A DNA stretch of 59,659 bases, from assembly GCA_017452475.1 (NCBI GenBank), contig JAFTMJ010000044.1, forward strand, positions 1 through 59,659. The letters run 5' to 3'. The translations under genes were made by a program, and so were the position numbers. The stretch comes from Clostridia bacterium. GTDB taxonomy: Bacteria > Bacillota > Clostridia > Oscillospirales > CAG-272. Positions 58,759 through 59,659 of this stretch are shown here, piece after piece; position 1 is the stretch's first letter, and every line of letters starts with the position of its first letter. The notes under the pieces are model-generated. The model searched no databases. It was not told the DNA's origin and saw only the letters and a list, made by a program, of their open reading frames with translations.

Positions 58759-59502
58759 ATGAAGAACAATTTTGCCACACAGTTTAAGGAATATAGAAAA
58801 AGGCTTGATATATCCCAGGAGGAAATAGCGGAGAGGCTTAATGTAACCTCCCAGGCGGTGTCCAAGTGGGAGTGTGAAAAGTCCTACCCCGATATGGAAA
58901 TGATGGTTGAAATAGCGGGGCTTTTCGGCATTAGCCTTGACTGTCTTGTTTTGGGGGAGAACAGCGGAGCCATTGAGGGCGTGCCCGATGATGACACACT
59001 GCGCGTGGTTTTCTGCCGTGGCAGGAGAGTGATAGATGCAAACGAGGTTGAAGGCTCCATAAGGGTGCGCTTAGAGGGAAAGCCTGAAAGGGTTGAGGTT
59101 TGGGGCAGCGCAAACATTTACGGAGATATAATAGGCGATGTCAGTGTGGGCGGTGGCTTGAACTGCGACAAGGTCGAGGGCAATATTACAGCAGGCGCCA
59201 GCGTAAACTGCGATGAGGTTAGCGGAAATATTGACGCAGGCGCAGGGGTGAACTGTGACGGCGTTGGCGGCAATGTCAGCGCAGGCACGAACATTGTGTG
59301 CGATGATATTGGCGGCGATGTTTCCTGCGGACTTACCCTGCAGTGCGACAACATTTCGGGTAGCGTTTCCTGCGGTATGACCCTAACCTGTGATACGATT
59401 ATAGGAACGGTACAGGATTGCCACGGAGATATCCATGTGAAAACGCTAAATGGCACTGTGCAGAGCTGCGAAAAAACAGTTTATATTAAGGATGAAAACT
59501 AA
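58759..59502 (+). CDS. XRE-family HTH protein with C-terminal 15-residue repeat domain
   Basis: SQEEIAERLNVTSQAVSKWE...YPD; G[ND][IV]xxGxx[VL]xCDx[IV]x repeats. Confidence 0.82.
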   Translation: MKNNFATQFKEYRKRLDISQEEIAERLNVTSQAVSKWECEKSYPDMEMMVEIAGLFGISLDCLVLGENSGAIEGVPDDDTLRVVFCRGRRVIDANEVEGSIRVRLEGKPERVEVWGSANIYGDIIGDVSVGGGLNCDKVEGNITAGASVNCDEVSGNIDAGAGVNCDGVGGNVSAGTNIVCDDIGGDVSCGLTLQCDNISGSVSCGMTLTCDTIIGTVQDCHGDIHVKTLNGTVQSCEKTVYIKDEN

Positions 59503-59659
59503 AAAAGAAGGCGCCAGCCCAATATCATTAAGATAAGAAACGACAAAAAATAGAAAAAGCACCTATCAAAGATTTAACGCGATGATAGGTGCAATTTTTT
59601 TGTAAAATAGGTATGACAAAAAAGAGGCAGTGAAAAACTGTCAAAAAAATATTGCAAAA

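Overview
Chromosomal window from a Clostridia-like anaerobe (taxonomy inferred from gene order and promoter/RBS style). It holds nrdG-nrdD(+glutaredoxin domain)-trxB, pdxK, dapA-dapB-lysA, a stand-alone pduL, an uncharacterised oxidoreductase/lyase sugar cluster, araD, the S10-spc-alpha ribosomal protein superoperon, a probable 6S RNA, thiI/proAB, and zapA-U32-maf-nth with a GNAT-GH31 fusion. The main discovery is a ~6.4 kb operon (41650-48093) with a consensus promoter and a terminator that looks like an undescribed RiPP system. Three tandem 47-52 aa precursor genes, missing from the ORF track, all end in DIHFEH[FY]DWTYxD(GS|SSG)GCCC. They lie among genes for a prenol kinase/DUF92 fusion, a cis-prenyltransferase, a U32-like Fe-S protein, an HExxH protein, a DUF5685-like protein with a DDxxD motif, and a radical SAM/SPASM maturase. 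This suggests a prenylated, radical-SAM-crosslinked peptide, but the chemistry is inference only. No rRNA, tRNA, CRISPR array or transposase was seen. Family calls come from motif recognition, not database searches.
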